A DNA stretch of 63,744 bases, counting the filler, from Octopus bimaculoides (Eukaryota): NCBI RefSeq assembly GCF_001194135.2. It is 5 parts of 4 records of this genome, joined end to end, with 100 filler letters (N's around TTAATTAATTAA, not from the genome) between each part and the next. Parts side by side here need not be neighbours in the genome. Positions count along the whole stretch, not along the records: positions 12,785 to 27,179 come from NW_026403354.1; 4 more parts are not named here. One strand, 5' to 3'. The position numbers and the translations under genes were made by a program. Positions 12,685-24,570 of the stretch are shown here, one piece after another; within the stretch, counting starts at the first letter, position 1, and each line of letters opens with the position of its first letter. The notes beneath the pieces were generated by a model. That model was not told where the DNA came from and searched no databases. It was given only the letters and a program-made list of their open reading frames with translations.

Positions 12685-12784
12685 NNNNNNNNNNNNNNNN
12701 NNNNNNNNNNNNNNNNNNNNNNNNNNNNTTAATTAATTAANNNNNNNNNNNNNNNNNNNNNNNNNNNNNNNNNNNNNNNNNNNN
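12685..12784. other. Artificial scaffold linker N44-TTAATTAATTAA-N44 (also 27180-27279, 39814-39913, 56184-56283)
   Basis: Identical 100-bp structure four times; the 12-mer puts stop codons in all six frames. Confidence 0.95.
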
Positions 12785-13592
12785 AGTCGAGCAAATCGAC
12801 CCCAGGACTTATTCTTTAGAAGCCTAGTACTTTTCTATAGGAGGCGTTTTCGTTAGGGTGACTGAAACTAATAGGTAAGCGTTCTATGTGCTCAAATAGG
12901 TGTTCCATTCAAATTTCAGTTTGCAAAAGCAGTTGAAGTTGTGGTATGTGACTGTCTTGCTCAAAACGGCTAGAAGTAGCTTCTCTTTGAGTTAGTACGT
13001 ATAGGTTAAAGTAGTGAGGAAATACAAGTAATTAGGCAAGACTTGACAAGAACATTTAATTTAATTTAATTTAACTTGATTTCAGGCATTGTAACATCGT
13101 GTCGAGCGAAGACTCCATAAGTTGGGTATACTGTCATCGGAGAGACATACGTTAAATAGTAGTAGAAAGTTACTCATCAATGATAGCTGTTGTGGTTCAT
13201 TATGTCATTATGTCCAAGGGGGAGGAGAGGTCCAATTAAATCCAGTTAGATCAGGTATTCCTTAGGTAAATCTATGACCAGAAAGAATGGTTAGATAGTA
13301 CTCAATGGTGAGAGAAAAGAATGGTTAAATAGTACTCCGTAGTGAAGGAAAATGAACGCTGGCAGTTCTAAAGTTGGACAAATAATGAGAGGAAGAATAA
13401 ATAATACCATTATTATGAATCATGGTAACTACCATTGACGGGGAACTTTATTCCACTATCTAACCCAATGTTTCTCAACCTCTTTACCCTTGCGTAACCC
13501 TTAACATAGGAAGCCGTGCACACAAAAAAATTATATACCATATCTTTCTCATATTTTCTTCATCGTAATTCACGTGGTAAATATCATATATA

Positions 13593-14070
13593 CAGGATGG
13601 CCCAAAAGTAGGTTTACAGTTATCACGTAGGAACTTTAAATTTCTTTTAAAACATTTTATTACATTTAAATTTCTATCTTACAATCATATTGTTTCTGCA
13701 CATCTTAAACAGACAATGTTTAATCTCTCAGATGTTCAAAATGTCCTCCTTCAACATTGCGATATTCATCAAATCTTTTTCAGAACAGTCTCACACACAG
13801 TGCGGCACAGATTCACATCTCCATCAATTTCAGTGAATGCGTCAGAAATGTAATCTTTTAATTCTTTTACTGCTTTAGGATTCTTTTCATAAACGTTGTT
13901 TTTTTACAACACCCCAAAAAAGAAATCCATTGGTATCAGGTCAGGTGAAAGTAGTGACCATTCGATGTTGCCCCGTCCTCCAAACTAACGCTGTGGAAAG
14001 GCTCGGTTAAGGTAGTCTCTTATTGTCAACGCATAATGTGGAGGTGTTCCGTTTTGCTGAATAATGGTTT
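13593..14070 (-). mobile_element. Tc1/mariner DD41D (rosa/VS-type) transposon, 3' portion with TIR
   Basis: Minus-strand translation QQ(N)GTPPHYALTIRDYLNRAFPQR*FGGRGNIEWSLLSPDLIPMDF, with 41 residues between the second and third catalytic positions; C-terminal EGGHFEHL; terminus TA-CAGGATGGCCCAAAAGT. Confidence 0.85.
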
Positions 14071-14136
14071 TATATTTTTTCTATAATTAAGATCTAATCT
14101 GTTAATATATGAAAGCAAAAGAGATAATTGAATAAC

Positions 14137-14174
<38 letters not shown>

Positions 14175-14179
<5 letters not shown>

Positions 14180-14294
14180 GTTCAAACAAGAAAAACGACA
14201 AAAAACAACAAAAAACAACAAAAAACAACAACGCGGGGATGTGATACAGATATTGTGTTACTGGACGCTCGGGAAAGGAAAGAAAGAGAAATTG
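14175..14294 (-). mobile_element. Penelope-tail-like repeat related to family 3, cut by a gap
   Basis: Reverse complement ctttcccgagcgtcc...ttgtttgaactcactata parallels ttcccgagcggt...aattccaactata at 8.8 kb. Confidence 0.45.
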
Positions 14295-15362
14295 NNNNNN
14301 NNNNNNNNNNNNNNNNNNNNNNNNNNNNNNNNNNNNNNNNNNNNNNNNNNNNNNNNNNNNNNNNNNNNNNNNNNNNNNNNNNNNNNNNNNNNNNNNNNNN
14401 NNNNNNNNNNNNNNNNNNNNNNNNNNNNNNNNNNNNNNNNNNNNNNNNNNNNNNNNNNNNNNNNNNNNNNNNNNNNNNNNNNNNNNNNNNNNNNNNNNNN
14501 NNNNNNNNNNNNNNNNNNNNNNNNNNNNNNNNNNNNNNNNNNNNNNNNNNNNNNNNNNNNNNNNNNNNNNNNNNNNNNNNNNNNNNNNNNNNNNNNNNNN
14601 NNNNNNNNNNNNNNNNNNNNNNNNNNNNNNNNNNNNNNNNNNNNNNNNNNNNNNNNNNNNNNNNNNNNNNNNNNNNNNNNNNNNNNNNNNNNNNNNNNNN
14701 NNNNNNNNNNNNNNNNNNNNNNNNNNNNNNNNNNNNNNNNNNNNNNNNNNNNNNNNNNNNNNNNNNNNNNNNNNNNNNNNNNNNNNNNNNNNNNNNNNNN
14801 NNNNNNNNNNNNNNNNNNNNNNNNNNNNNNNNNNNNNNNNNNNNNNNNNNNNNNNNNNNNNNNNNNNNNNNNNNNNNNNNNNNNNNNNNNNNNNNNNNNN
14901 NNNNNNNNNNNNNNNNNNNNNNNNNNNNNNNNNNNNNNNNNNNNNNNNNNNNNNNNNNNNNNNNNNNNNNNNNNNNNNNNNNNNNNNNNNNNNNNNNNNN
15001 NNNNNNNNNNNNNNNNNNNNNNNNNNNNNNNNNNNNNNNNNNNNNNNNNNNNNNNNNNNNNNNNNNNNNNNNNNNNNNNNNNNNNNNNNNNNNNNNNNNN
15101 NNNNNNNNNNNNNNNNNNNNNNNNNNNNNNNNNNNNNNNNNNNNNNNNNNNNNNNNNNNNNNNNNNNNNNNNNNNNNNNNNNNNNNNNNNNNNNNNNNNN
15201 NNNNNNNNNNNNNNNNNNNNNNNNNNNNNNNNNNNNNNNNNNNNNNNNNNNNNNNNNNNNNNNNNNNNNNNNNNNNNNNNNNNNNNNNNNNCATGCATGT
15301 CATCGGCAACAAACAACATGCGAAAATAGCAAAAAGTCTACGCGCACGCACACGCACGCACG

Positions 15363-15400
<38 letters not shown>

Positions 15401-15874
15401 ACGTACAATAGACAATGAAACACAGTCTCCACAACAACAACAACAACAACAATAGTGGTGACAACAACTACAGCAACAAATAACACACGCATGGCAAAAA
15501 ATATACAATGAGCGTATCTGGTGGTTTCCTCACCTGTTAGAAAACAATAAGACCATGGACAATGAAATACGGACTTACCTACTAAAACTACTACTACTAC
15601 CACAACTACTACTACCATTACTACCACCACCACTACTACTACTGCCACTGTTGTTGTTGCTGCTTTTGCCGCTGCTGCAATTTTTGTAGTTCTTTCTGCT
15701 GCTGTTAATTGCTACAAGTAAATAAATCTGCAATGCCAGCTTTCTCTGGGGTTAATTAGTCCTTAAGGTAGATACTCTACCTTGTTATTGGGTGGGGGGG
15801 TCTTCAAATCCTTGATAAAGGTAGTAAGGGCGATGTCCCTTTCTGGTCTAACTACAGTCGATTTCTTCCAGAAA

Positions 15875-15958
<84 letters not shown>

Positions 15959-15984
15959 AACAAACAAACAAACACAAACAATGA

Positions 15985-16135
15985 GAGAAGAACCACCCCC
16001 AGAGCAGGACTAGCCCTTATCGATCCAGAAAGGATGAAAGGCAAGCTTGACTTTGGTAGGATTTGAACTCAGAGTATAGAGAGCCGAAACGAGTACCACA
16101 AACCGATCTATCCAGCACACTACCGACTCTACCAA
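15985..16135 (-). mobile_element. SINE family A fragment
   Basis: atcgatccagaaaggatgaaaggcaagcttgactttggtaggatttgaactcag. Confidence 0.75.
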
Positions 16136-16231
16136 TATACCACCTATATACACTAAATGTACACAAAAATACACACACTATATACACTAAATATATATGA
16201 TAGATATATACTCTATATGCACTAATTATGT

Positions 16232-16590
16232 GGAGGCGCAATGGCCCGGTGCTTAGGGCAGCGGACTCGCGGTCATAGGATCGCGGTTTCGATTCCTAGA
16301 CCGGGCGTTGTGAGTGTTTATTGAGCGAAAACACCTAAAGCTCCACGAGGCTCCGGAAGGGGATGATGGCGAACCCTGCTGTACTCTTTCACCACAACTT
16401 TCTCTCACTCTTACTTCCTGTTTCTGTTGTGCCTGTATTTCAAAGGGTCAGCTTTGTCACAGTGTGTCACGCTGAATATCCCCGAGAACTACGTTAAGGG
16501 TACACGTGTCTGTGGAGTGCTCAGCCACTTGCACGTTAATTTCACGAGAAGGCTGTTCCGTTGATCAGATTAAACGACGGAGTGCCAACA
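16232..16590 (+). mobile_element. tRNA-derived SINE family D, near full length
   Basis: A-box-like ggcgcaatggcccggtgcttagggcagcgg and B-box ggtttcgattcc; near-identical inverted copy at 26508-26785. Confidence 0.9.
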
Positions 16591-17114
16591 CATTGAAGTA
16601 CATCGCCATTGTTTCAATTAATTTGGCAAACAACGAAGAATTTAGTAGACAAACTCAGCCATTATTAAGCTGATGTTTAGAACATAAATTAACAAGACAT
16701 TTTGATGGAAGGTTTTAATCTAAATCATTTTAAAGCAGAAAGTTTGTGTTGTAGAATCGGGGTGGTATTGGGTGGATTGGTATAGATAAGGATAAAACTG
16801 GTGGGTAGCAGTTTCTTTGAATGACTTATTAACTGACGGAGATCAAAACTAGGCAAGATTGTTACTTGTATGTACCCAATACAGGAAGACTAAATGTTTG
16901 GAACAAGGGTATTTATCAATTATTAAAGAAATTGTTAAGTGAATAAAAACACCAAAGAAAACTTCACGCCAGAGCGGACGAATTTACCTGCGCTAGCCTG
17001 CCGAGGGATTGTTTGTCTGAAAAATTCATACTTCCATGCCAAGATGTCCGATCTACGCCAAAAGTCTTTGTGTCTGAGAGCATGGGATTTTTCACCCGGG
17101 TAGTAATAACTCTT

Positions 17115-17320
17115 TCTACTATTAGCACAAGGCCTGAAATTAGGTGAAGTGGGTCTAGCCGATTACAGCCACCCCAGTGCTCAAGTGGTGCTTATTTTAT
17201 TGAACTGAAACGATGAAAGGTAAAGTCGACCCTGGTGACATTTGAACCCAGAACGTAAGGAACCGGAAGATATGCCACAATGTATTTCGCCCGGCTCGGT
17301 AATGATTTTGCCAGCTTGCC
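17115..17320 (-). mobile_element. SINE family A
   Basis: ctttctactattagcacaaggcctgaaatt...gatgaaaggtaaagtcgacc...tttcgcccggc. Confidence 0.8.
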
Positions 17321-17404
17321 GACTCACTTTGGCATTAATAACAAATTGGGGCATCGGTACATTATAAACCAAGCAAAATTAAATGTTAAAATACAATCAA
17401 ATTT

Positions 17405-17517
17405 GGCTGTGTGGTAAGTAGCATGCTTACGAACCACATGGTTCCGGGTTCAGTCCCACTGCGTGGCACTTTGGGCAAGTGTCTTCTACTACAGCCTCGG
17501 CCGACCAAAGCCTTGTC
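17405..17517 (+). mobile_element. SINE family B head, 3'-truncated
   Basis: ggctgtgtggtaagtagcatgcttacgaaccacatggttccgggttcagtcccactgcgtggcactttgggcaagtgtc. Confidence 0.9.
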
Positions 17518-17519
17518 GC

Positions 17520-17831
17520 TGATGTCGACGATAATGATGCTGATGACGATGATAACAATGATGATGATGCAGTGGTGGCGGTGATGGTGGTGAAAACGGT
17601 GACAGAAGCAACGGCGGCGGGTGACTGTAGCGGGTGGCGGTAGCGACGACCACGACGATTATGGAGACAATGATGATGATGATGCAATAATGTCGGTTGT
17701 ATTTTAACCAACAATCTCAGTCATCAACGCCATCGTCGTCACCATCATCCTCACCTCATCACCACCACCAATATCCTTGTCATTATCATCATCAGCAGCA
17801 GCAACGTCATCATCGTCGTCGTCGTCATCAG

Positions 17832-17867
<36 letters not shown>

Positions 17868-18100
17868 TATGAGCGTCGTGGTCGTTGTCATCATGGCCGT
17901 CGACCTACTCCTACTCCTCCTACTCCCCTGCTTCTCCTACTCCTACACCACCTTCGCCTCCTCCTACACCTCCTCCTACTACTACTACTACTACCACTAC
18001 TCGTCCACCTACTCCGACTCTTCATCGTCACCATTGGAAGACCAACACAGCAACATTAGTGATAATGCAATGCCAACAGCAACAACGACAACAACAGCAG

Positions 18101-18131
<31 letters not shown>

Positions 18132-18135
18132 CCCC
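17520..18135. repeat. Mosaic trinucleotide low-complexity tract (GAT/CAT/CGT/CCT/CAG)
   Basis: Directly visible; open in many frames only because it lacks stop triplets. Confidence 0.85.
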
Positions 18136-18412
18136 AACAAGTACGTAATGAGGGAGAATAAGAAAAGAAAGTAGATATAGAAGAGTTTGCAATTGAACTG
18201 TAAGAAAGACACGCATGGCCGACTCCTTTCAAGATGGAGATGAATGAGTATTGAAATGAGTTGAAAAGAAGCTTCGAGAAGAACTTCTTAGACGACAAAA
18301 CAACAATAAAGAGAAACAAAACTATACAAACAATGATAGGGCAACTGAGGATAAAGAGATTAGAAGTGGGAGTTAAAAGAGGGAGAAATTGAATGAGCGA
18401 AGGAGAAAGTCG

Positions 18413-18448
<36 letters not shown>

Positions 18449-19920
18449 AGAGAGAGAGAGAGGGAGAGAGAGAGGGGGGATGTGGAGAGAAAGAAGTGAA
18501 AGTGAGAGTGTGAATGAGAGAAGGAATGACGAACAAATGCTTTTCTAATGTTGCACTGTATGTGTGTATGTGAGTGTGTGCGGTGTGTGCGTATACATAT
18601 ATGTTTTCGTACTTTGGTATGATNNNNNNNNNNNNNNNNNNNNNNNNNNNNNNNNNNNNNNNNNNNNNNNNNNNNNNNNNNNNNNNNNNNNNNNNNNNNN
18701 NNNNNNNNNNNNNNNNNNNNNNNNNNNNNNNNNNNNNNNNNNNNNNNNNNNNNNNNNNNNNNNNNNNNNNNNNNNNNNNNNNNNNNNNNNNNNNNNNNNN
18801 NNNNNNNNNNNNNNNNNNNNNNNNNNNNNNNNNNNNNNNNNNNNNNNNNNNNNNNNNNNNNNNNNNNNNNNNNNNNNNNNNNNNNNNNNNNNNNNNNNNN
18901 NNNNNNNNNNNNNNNNNNNNNNNNNNNNNNNNNNNNNNNNNNNNNNNNNNNNNNNNNNNNNNNNNNNNNNNNNNNNNNNNNNNNNNNNNNNNNNNNNNNN
19001 NNNNNNNNNNNNNNNNNNNNNNNNNNNNNNNNNNNNNNNNNNNNNNNNNNNNNNNNNNNNNNNNNNNNNNNNNNNNNNNNNNNNNNNNNNNNNNNNNNNN
19101 NNNNNNNNNNNNNNNNNNNNNNNNNNNNNNNNNNNNNNNNNNNNNNNNNNNNNNNNNNNNNNNNNNNNNNNNNNNNNNNNNNNNNNNNNNNNNNNNNNNN
19201 NNNNNNNNNNNNNNNNNNNNNNNNNNNNNNNNNNNNNNNNNNNNNNNNNNNNNNNNNNNNNNNNNNNNNNNNNNNNNNNNNNNNNNNNNNNNNNNNNNNN
19301 NNNNNNNNNNNNNNNNNNNNNNNNNNNNNNNNNNNNNNNNNNNNNNNNNNNNNNNNNNNNNNNNNNNNNNNNNNNNNNNNNNNNNNNNNNNNNNNNNNNN
19401 NNNNNNNNNNNNNNNNNNNNNNNNNNNNNNNNNNNNNNNNNNNNNNNNNNNNNNNNNNNNNNNNNNNNNNNNNNNNNNNNNNNNNTATATGTATATATAT
19501 ATATATGCTGGCTACTTATTTTATTGATCCCAGCGCTTGTATGAATGACAAAGTCGATCTCGTAAGGACCCTTACTCACGACAAGGGACGTAACTAAATA
19601 GTCCATACGGTTCTATTGTTTCCACCAGCCATAGATATCCTAATATGGATTTTTCACATATTGGTTGGTGGCCATAAGGCTACACATTTATGCAGAATGG
19701 GTGCATTTCATTGAATTGCACCCCATCACGGCTGATTAGTGTATGCTTGCAACTTTTTTTCATTGATTTCCAATGAACGAAAGACAAGCGTTTAACTCCA
19801 ACAGGATCAGAACGCAGAACATCAGGGTGAACCGACGACAGGTCGGCAAATTTTCCAGTTCACTGTTGATATATTATATGAAAACTAGTAGACAATGCCT
19901 ACCGGTGGGTTGAATTCTCC

Positions 19921-19966
<46 letters not shown>

Positions 19967-20088
19967 NNNNNNNNNNNNNNNNNNNNNNNNNNNNNNNNNN
20001 NNNNNNNNNNNNNNNNNNNNNNNNNNNNNNNNNNNNNNNNNNNNNNNNNNNNNNNNNNNNNNNNNNNNNNNNNNNNNNNNNNNNNNNN

Positions 20089-20120
<32 letters not shown>

Positions 20121-20122
<2 letters not shown>

Positions 20123-20345
20123 CAAATGATACGTGAGTATATGCAGAAATACATACATATATGTGCATACCTACATCTACATGTATATATAGATGCATAT
20201 CCGGGCACAAGACGTCAAAAAAACGTGGACAAAAACGGAACGGGAACATAAACAAAGCATAAAAAACGAACTTTTTTTTACGGACCACAGAATGAACACA
20301 GAAAAATAGACAAGCCACATATGGAACTTTACACAGATGCACACA
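20121..20345 (-). mobile_element. Short dispersed repeat family 4 (retroelement-tail-like)
   Basis: Reverse complement aaaaaaagttcgttttttatg...cacgtttttttgacgtcttgtgcccggatatgcatc matches 56990-57170. Confidence 0.65.
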
Positions 20346-20351
20346 TTTCTA

Positions 20352-21066
20352 TTAGGTTGTTCCGAAAATAATGGCCGCTCTAAGTGTTGTGTTTTGAAAT
20401 GCTATTTTATCATAGTATTTTGATTATATTTTAGGTGAATTTCGATATACTTAATAGACAGTTGATGTGTGCTCTTTAATAATTTTATATTTATTTCAGA
20501 CAGAAAACATTCTTGAAGCATTGGCGCCTTTAATTGTAATCATGACAAAAAAGGACCTTTGCTTACTTTTCTTGCATGAGTTCAAACTTTGGCACAATGC
20601 CTCCAAAACTGCTGACAATATCTACAGAGCATGGGGAGAGGGATCCACAAGTGATCGCACAGTACGAAGGTGGTTTCAGAAATTCCGTAGTGGTAATGAG
20701 ATCCTTGAAGATGGAGGTAGAGGACGGTCATGCAGTCTTGACAATGAATAATTCAAAGCAATCATCGAACAAAATCCACGTCAAAGTGTCAGAGAAATGT
20801 CTCAGGCACTTGGTGTCGGTATTGCAACGGTCTCACGCAATCTGCAGAAGATTGGTAAGGTGAAAAAGCTCGACAAATGGGTACCGCATGAGCTCAATGA
20901 AAATCAAAAAGTTCGGCGTTTTGAAGTGTGCTGGATGCTCTTTCTGCGAAACACCAATGGTCCTTTTCTTGACCGAATAGTTACTTGTGACGTAAAGTGG
21001 ATCTTTTATGATAACCGTAAACGATCAGGTCAATGGCTTGATCGTGATGAGTCCCCACAAACATTT
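20352..21066 (+). mobile_element. Mariner (SETMAR/Mos1-type) transposon, 5' half, pseudogenised
   Basis: TA-TTAGGTTGTTCCGAAAATAATGGCCG terminus; MTKKDLCLLFLHEFKLWHNASKTADNIYRAWGEGSTSDRTVRRWFQKFRSG...*FKAIIEQNPRQSVREMSQALG...KKLDKWVPHELNENQ...RIVTCDVKWIFYDN (WVPHEL motif and first catalytic D). Confidence 0.95.
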
Positions 21067-21090
21067 CGATTCCAGGCAGTGACCTTAATG

Positions 21091-21121
<31 letters not shown>

Positions 21122-21275
21122 CAACATCGAAAAATATCTTAGGAATGAGAACCCAGGTTCGAAATTTACCCAAGACACCTGATGAAGGCTGGAGGGTATA
21201 TCAGCCGAAACGTTGTGTTAACAACAAACAAGATGAGGACAAATATCTGTCAAATGTAAATAATGTAAATAATGT
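21067..21275 (+). mobile_element. ~210-bp hammerhead-bearing non-autonomous element (family 1), uninterrupted copy
   Basis: Starts cgattccaggcagtgacc, has an internal (AAT)n and an (AATGTAAAT)n tail; second copy split across 58756-60674. Confidence 0.85.
21174..21219 (+). ncRNA. Minimal type I hammerhead ribozyme motif
   Basis: GACAC-CUGAUGA-A-GGCUG(10-nt loop)CAGCC-GAAA-CGU-U|GUGUU: helix I GACAC/GUGUU, 5-bp helix II, palindromic ACGU helix III, GUU cleavage triplet. Confidence 0.8.
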
Positions 21276-23268
21276 CTTTAATCACGTTCGATAAAAATAT
21301 CTACCGTCATATTATCATTCAACTGCGGTAGTAGTTGAATAATATTCTTAAGGCCGCAATTTACTCACATGCAGCATCGTTCAGAGCTTGTCGCTAATTC
21401 AATTCTCAACCAAATGGAAAACAATTAAAATTTTTGAAGAGGACTGGTCCCTAGCTACATTTTGGCATAGAAAAAAGGATATTTGGTCCAGTAGATAAAA
21501 GCTTACATCAAAATTTGTAGCAACATTATTGGAGAGTAAGTAACGCCTCCAATCAAGTTTAGATCTAAATAACTTTGTTTATTTTAAAAGAAAAATATAT
21601 TTATTTTAGCATCAATGACAGAAGAAAACATGAGGAATTTCATAGTTTTGGTCCCATGCAACAAAAATCTGTATCAAAAAAGTTGTGAAGTAAAATATGA
21701 AAAAAGAATAATATAAGGAAGGCAAAAAATTGGATTTAAGTGTACTTAAATTTTTTATTTTAACAACAAACTATATTTTAATTAAGCTTAAATGATAGAG
21801 CTCTATTCAAGGAATTTCATTGTATAAGTCTCATGCAATGATTTTTTTAAAGAAAAAAGTTATGGGTGAATACAGTTCTAGGGGACTTTTAATATATGTC
21901 ACCGGCATTACTGAGGTAAGAAAAAAACTATGAACGACACCGCTAATTGACGCATTTGACATTATTAATTAGCATAATAGCATAGCCTGGAAAAACATGA
22001 ATTACATGGAAAAATGCGAGCAAGAGAAATAATATTTTTAAAATTATAAATCTGGAAATGACAGGGCAAGTTATTACACTTGGAAAAGTTCAGGACAATT
22101 TATTACATCTAGTAAAGTACAGAAAAAGAAATTTTTTACTTAAAATATTGCGGCTAAGGATAAAATTTCAAATAAAATATTTAGATTTAGAAAATATTAG
22201 CTTTTATTAAAACTAAAAAAAATTATTACAAGTAATTACTTCTATTTGTTATTACTTGTTACTTCTATTAGAAATTTAAAATAACTCAAAATATTTTTTG
22301 CACTTTAAAAAGAATTCATTTTTTTAATTATTAATGATTAGAAATTTGAAAATGGGTTATAAAAAATAATAGTAGCGTGTACATATATACATACATGCAT
22401 CCATCCATTAACACACATATATGTGTNNNNNNNNNNNNNNNNNNNNNNNNNNNNNNNNNNNNNNNNNNNNNNNNNNNNNNNNNNNNNNNNNNNNNNNNNN
22501 NNNNNNNNNNNNNNNNNNNNNNNNNNNNNNNNNNNNNNNNNNNNNNNNNNNNNNNNNNNNNNNNNNNNNNNNNNNNNNNNNNNNNNNNNNNNNNNNNNNN
22601 NNNNNNNNNNNNNNNNNNNNNNNNNNNNNNNNNNNNNNNNNNNNNNNNNNNNNNNNNNNNNNNNNNNNNNNNNNNNNNNNNNNNNNNNNNNNNNNNNNNN
22701 NNNNNNNNNNNNNNNNNNNNNNNNNNNNNNNNNNNNNNNNNNNNNNNNNNNNNNNNNNNNNNNNNNNNNNNNNNNNNNNNNNNNNNNNNNNNNNNNNNNN
22801 NNNNNNNNNNNNNNNNNNNNNNNNNNNNNNNNNNNNNNNNNNNNNNNNNNNNNNNNNNNNNNNNNNNNNNNNNNNNNNNNNNNNNNNNNNNNNNNNNNNN
22901 NNNNNNNNNNNNNNNNNNNNNNNNNNNNNNNNNNNNNNNNNNNNNNNNNNNNNNNNNNNNNNNNNNNNNNNNNNNNNNNNNNNNNNNNNNNNNNNNNNNN
23001 NNNNNNNNNNNNNNNNNNNNNNNNNNNNNNNNNNNNNNNNNNNNNNNNNNNNNNNNNNNNNNNNNNNNNNNNNNNNNNNNNNNNNNNNNNNNNNNNNNNN
23101 NNNNNNNNNNNNNNNNNNNNNNNNNNNNNNNNNNNNNNNNNNNNNNNNNNNNNNNNNNNNNNNNNNNNNNNNNNNNNNNNNNNNNNNNNNNNNNNNNNNN
23201 NNNNNNNNNNNNNNNNNNNNNNNNNNNNNNNNNNNNNNNNNNNNNNNNNNNNNNNNNNNNNNNNNNNN

Positions 23269-23314
<46 letters not shown>

Positions 23315-23454
23315 AATGAGACCACTAAGTGGACTGCTAATGTGCTAGAAGAAGATCACCGAATGGTTCTCAAATAAATAAATAAATATAAGGTTATCCG
23401 TAGACCATGATTTCGAAATCAATACTTTCTTACTGAAAATATCTGTTTCTCCTT

Positions 23455-23610
23455 AGTACGGATTGCCGGGTTTGACGATACTATCGAATCCAGTACTTGA
23501 CTGGTACTTATTTTATAGACCCCGAAAGAATAAAAGGCAAAGTTTGCCTCGGCAGAATTTGAACTCAGAACGTAGGGAGATGAAATGCTGCTAAGCAGCT
23601 TATCCGCTTT
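23455..23610 (-). mobile_element. SINE family A
   Basis: cgaatccagtacttgactggtacttattttatagaccccgaaagaataaaaggcaaagtttgcctcggcagaatttgaactcagaacg. Confidence 0.8.
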
Positions 23611-23879
23611 CGTGTTGATGCCAAGGAGAAAATAAAACTCATTGAAAAATATATTTTATGGAATAAAAAGAAAACTGACTAACCGACTTCTTACCCCCAG
23701 AAGTGACATAATCGAGTTCAAAAATCGAATATCGGCCTCTATTTCAGAGTTTATAATGGCTTCTAACTTTTCACATAAGATCACAAATTCACAACATAAA
23801 AAGTGTTGTATATAATATACCAAGTATAATATACCAAGTATATTACTGGTATGTATAAGATAGCGTTCTGACAAAATTG

Positions 23880-24075
23880 TAAGCCCGTCGGCCGAGATGC
23901 TTAGTAGCATTTCTTCCGGCTGTTACGTTTCGAATTCAAATTTCACCGAAGTCGACTTTGATTTTCATCCTTTCGAGATCGATAAAATAGTAAACAGTTT
24001 AACACTGGGTTGGGGGTCATTGTAATCGACTAACACTCTCGCCACAAAATTTCTGGTCTTGTACCAGAATTTGAA
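23880..24075 (+). mobile_element. SINE family A (aatttgaaacc tail variant)
   Basis: gttacgtttcgaattcaaatttcaccgaagtcgactttgattttcatcctttcg...cttgtaccagaatttgaaacc. Confidence 0.8.
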
Positions 24076-24079
24076 ACCC

Positions 24080-24375
24080 TTTGTTGTTTGTTCCTTCTCG
24101 AGCCATGCCTGGCTCATAAGGGCCGATTTCCCGGCGTATAGGTTCCCCACCTGGACGGGATGCCGATCCGTCGCAGATGAGCTGCTAGATGCAGGAGGAA
24201 AGAGTGAGAGAAAGTTGTGGCGAAAGAGTCACCAGAAGTTCGCCATTACATTCTGCGGAAACTGCGTGGAGCTTAGGTGTTTCACTCATAAACACACACA
24301 TCTCCTGGTCTGAGATTCGAACCCGCGATCGCTCGACCGCAAGTCCGCTGCTCTAACCACTAGGCCATGTGCCTC
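24080..24375 (-). mobile_element. SINE with a family D head and body but a different 3' tail
   Basis: Reverse complement gaggcacatggcctagtggttagagcagcgg...ccacaactttctctcactct then ctgcgacggatcggcatcccgtccagg...gagccaggcatggctc. Confidence 0.85.
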
Positions 24376-24570
24376 TGCTTGAAACCGTTTACTTCTATGT
24401 ATTTCATTGACTTAGTCACAGGAATGAAACCCAAAGCTGCTCTGGTGGTAACGCAAAGGAGGGTAACTCATAGACCTCAAATCATTCAGTCCATCACCCC
24501 CCCCCATACCATTTTTACCATTCCACCGTCAGTACAAACCATTTTGTCCCGTACTTGATGTATTATGAAT

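Noticed and set aside
12870-13120. Cluster of good splice-like sites (AG|GTAAGC, a 24-nt FAKAVEVV segment with GTATGT, tttcag)
   Set aside because: The first implied intron is only about 44 nt and no coherent peptide results.
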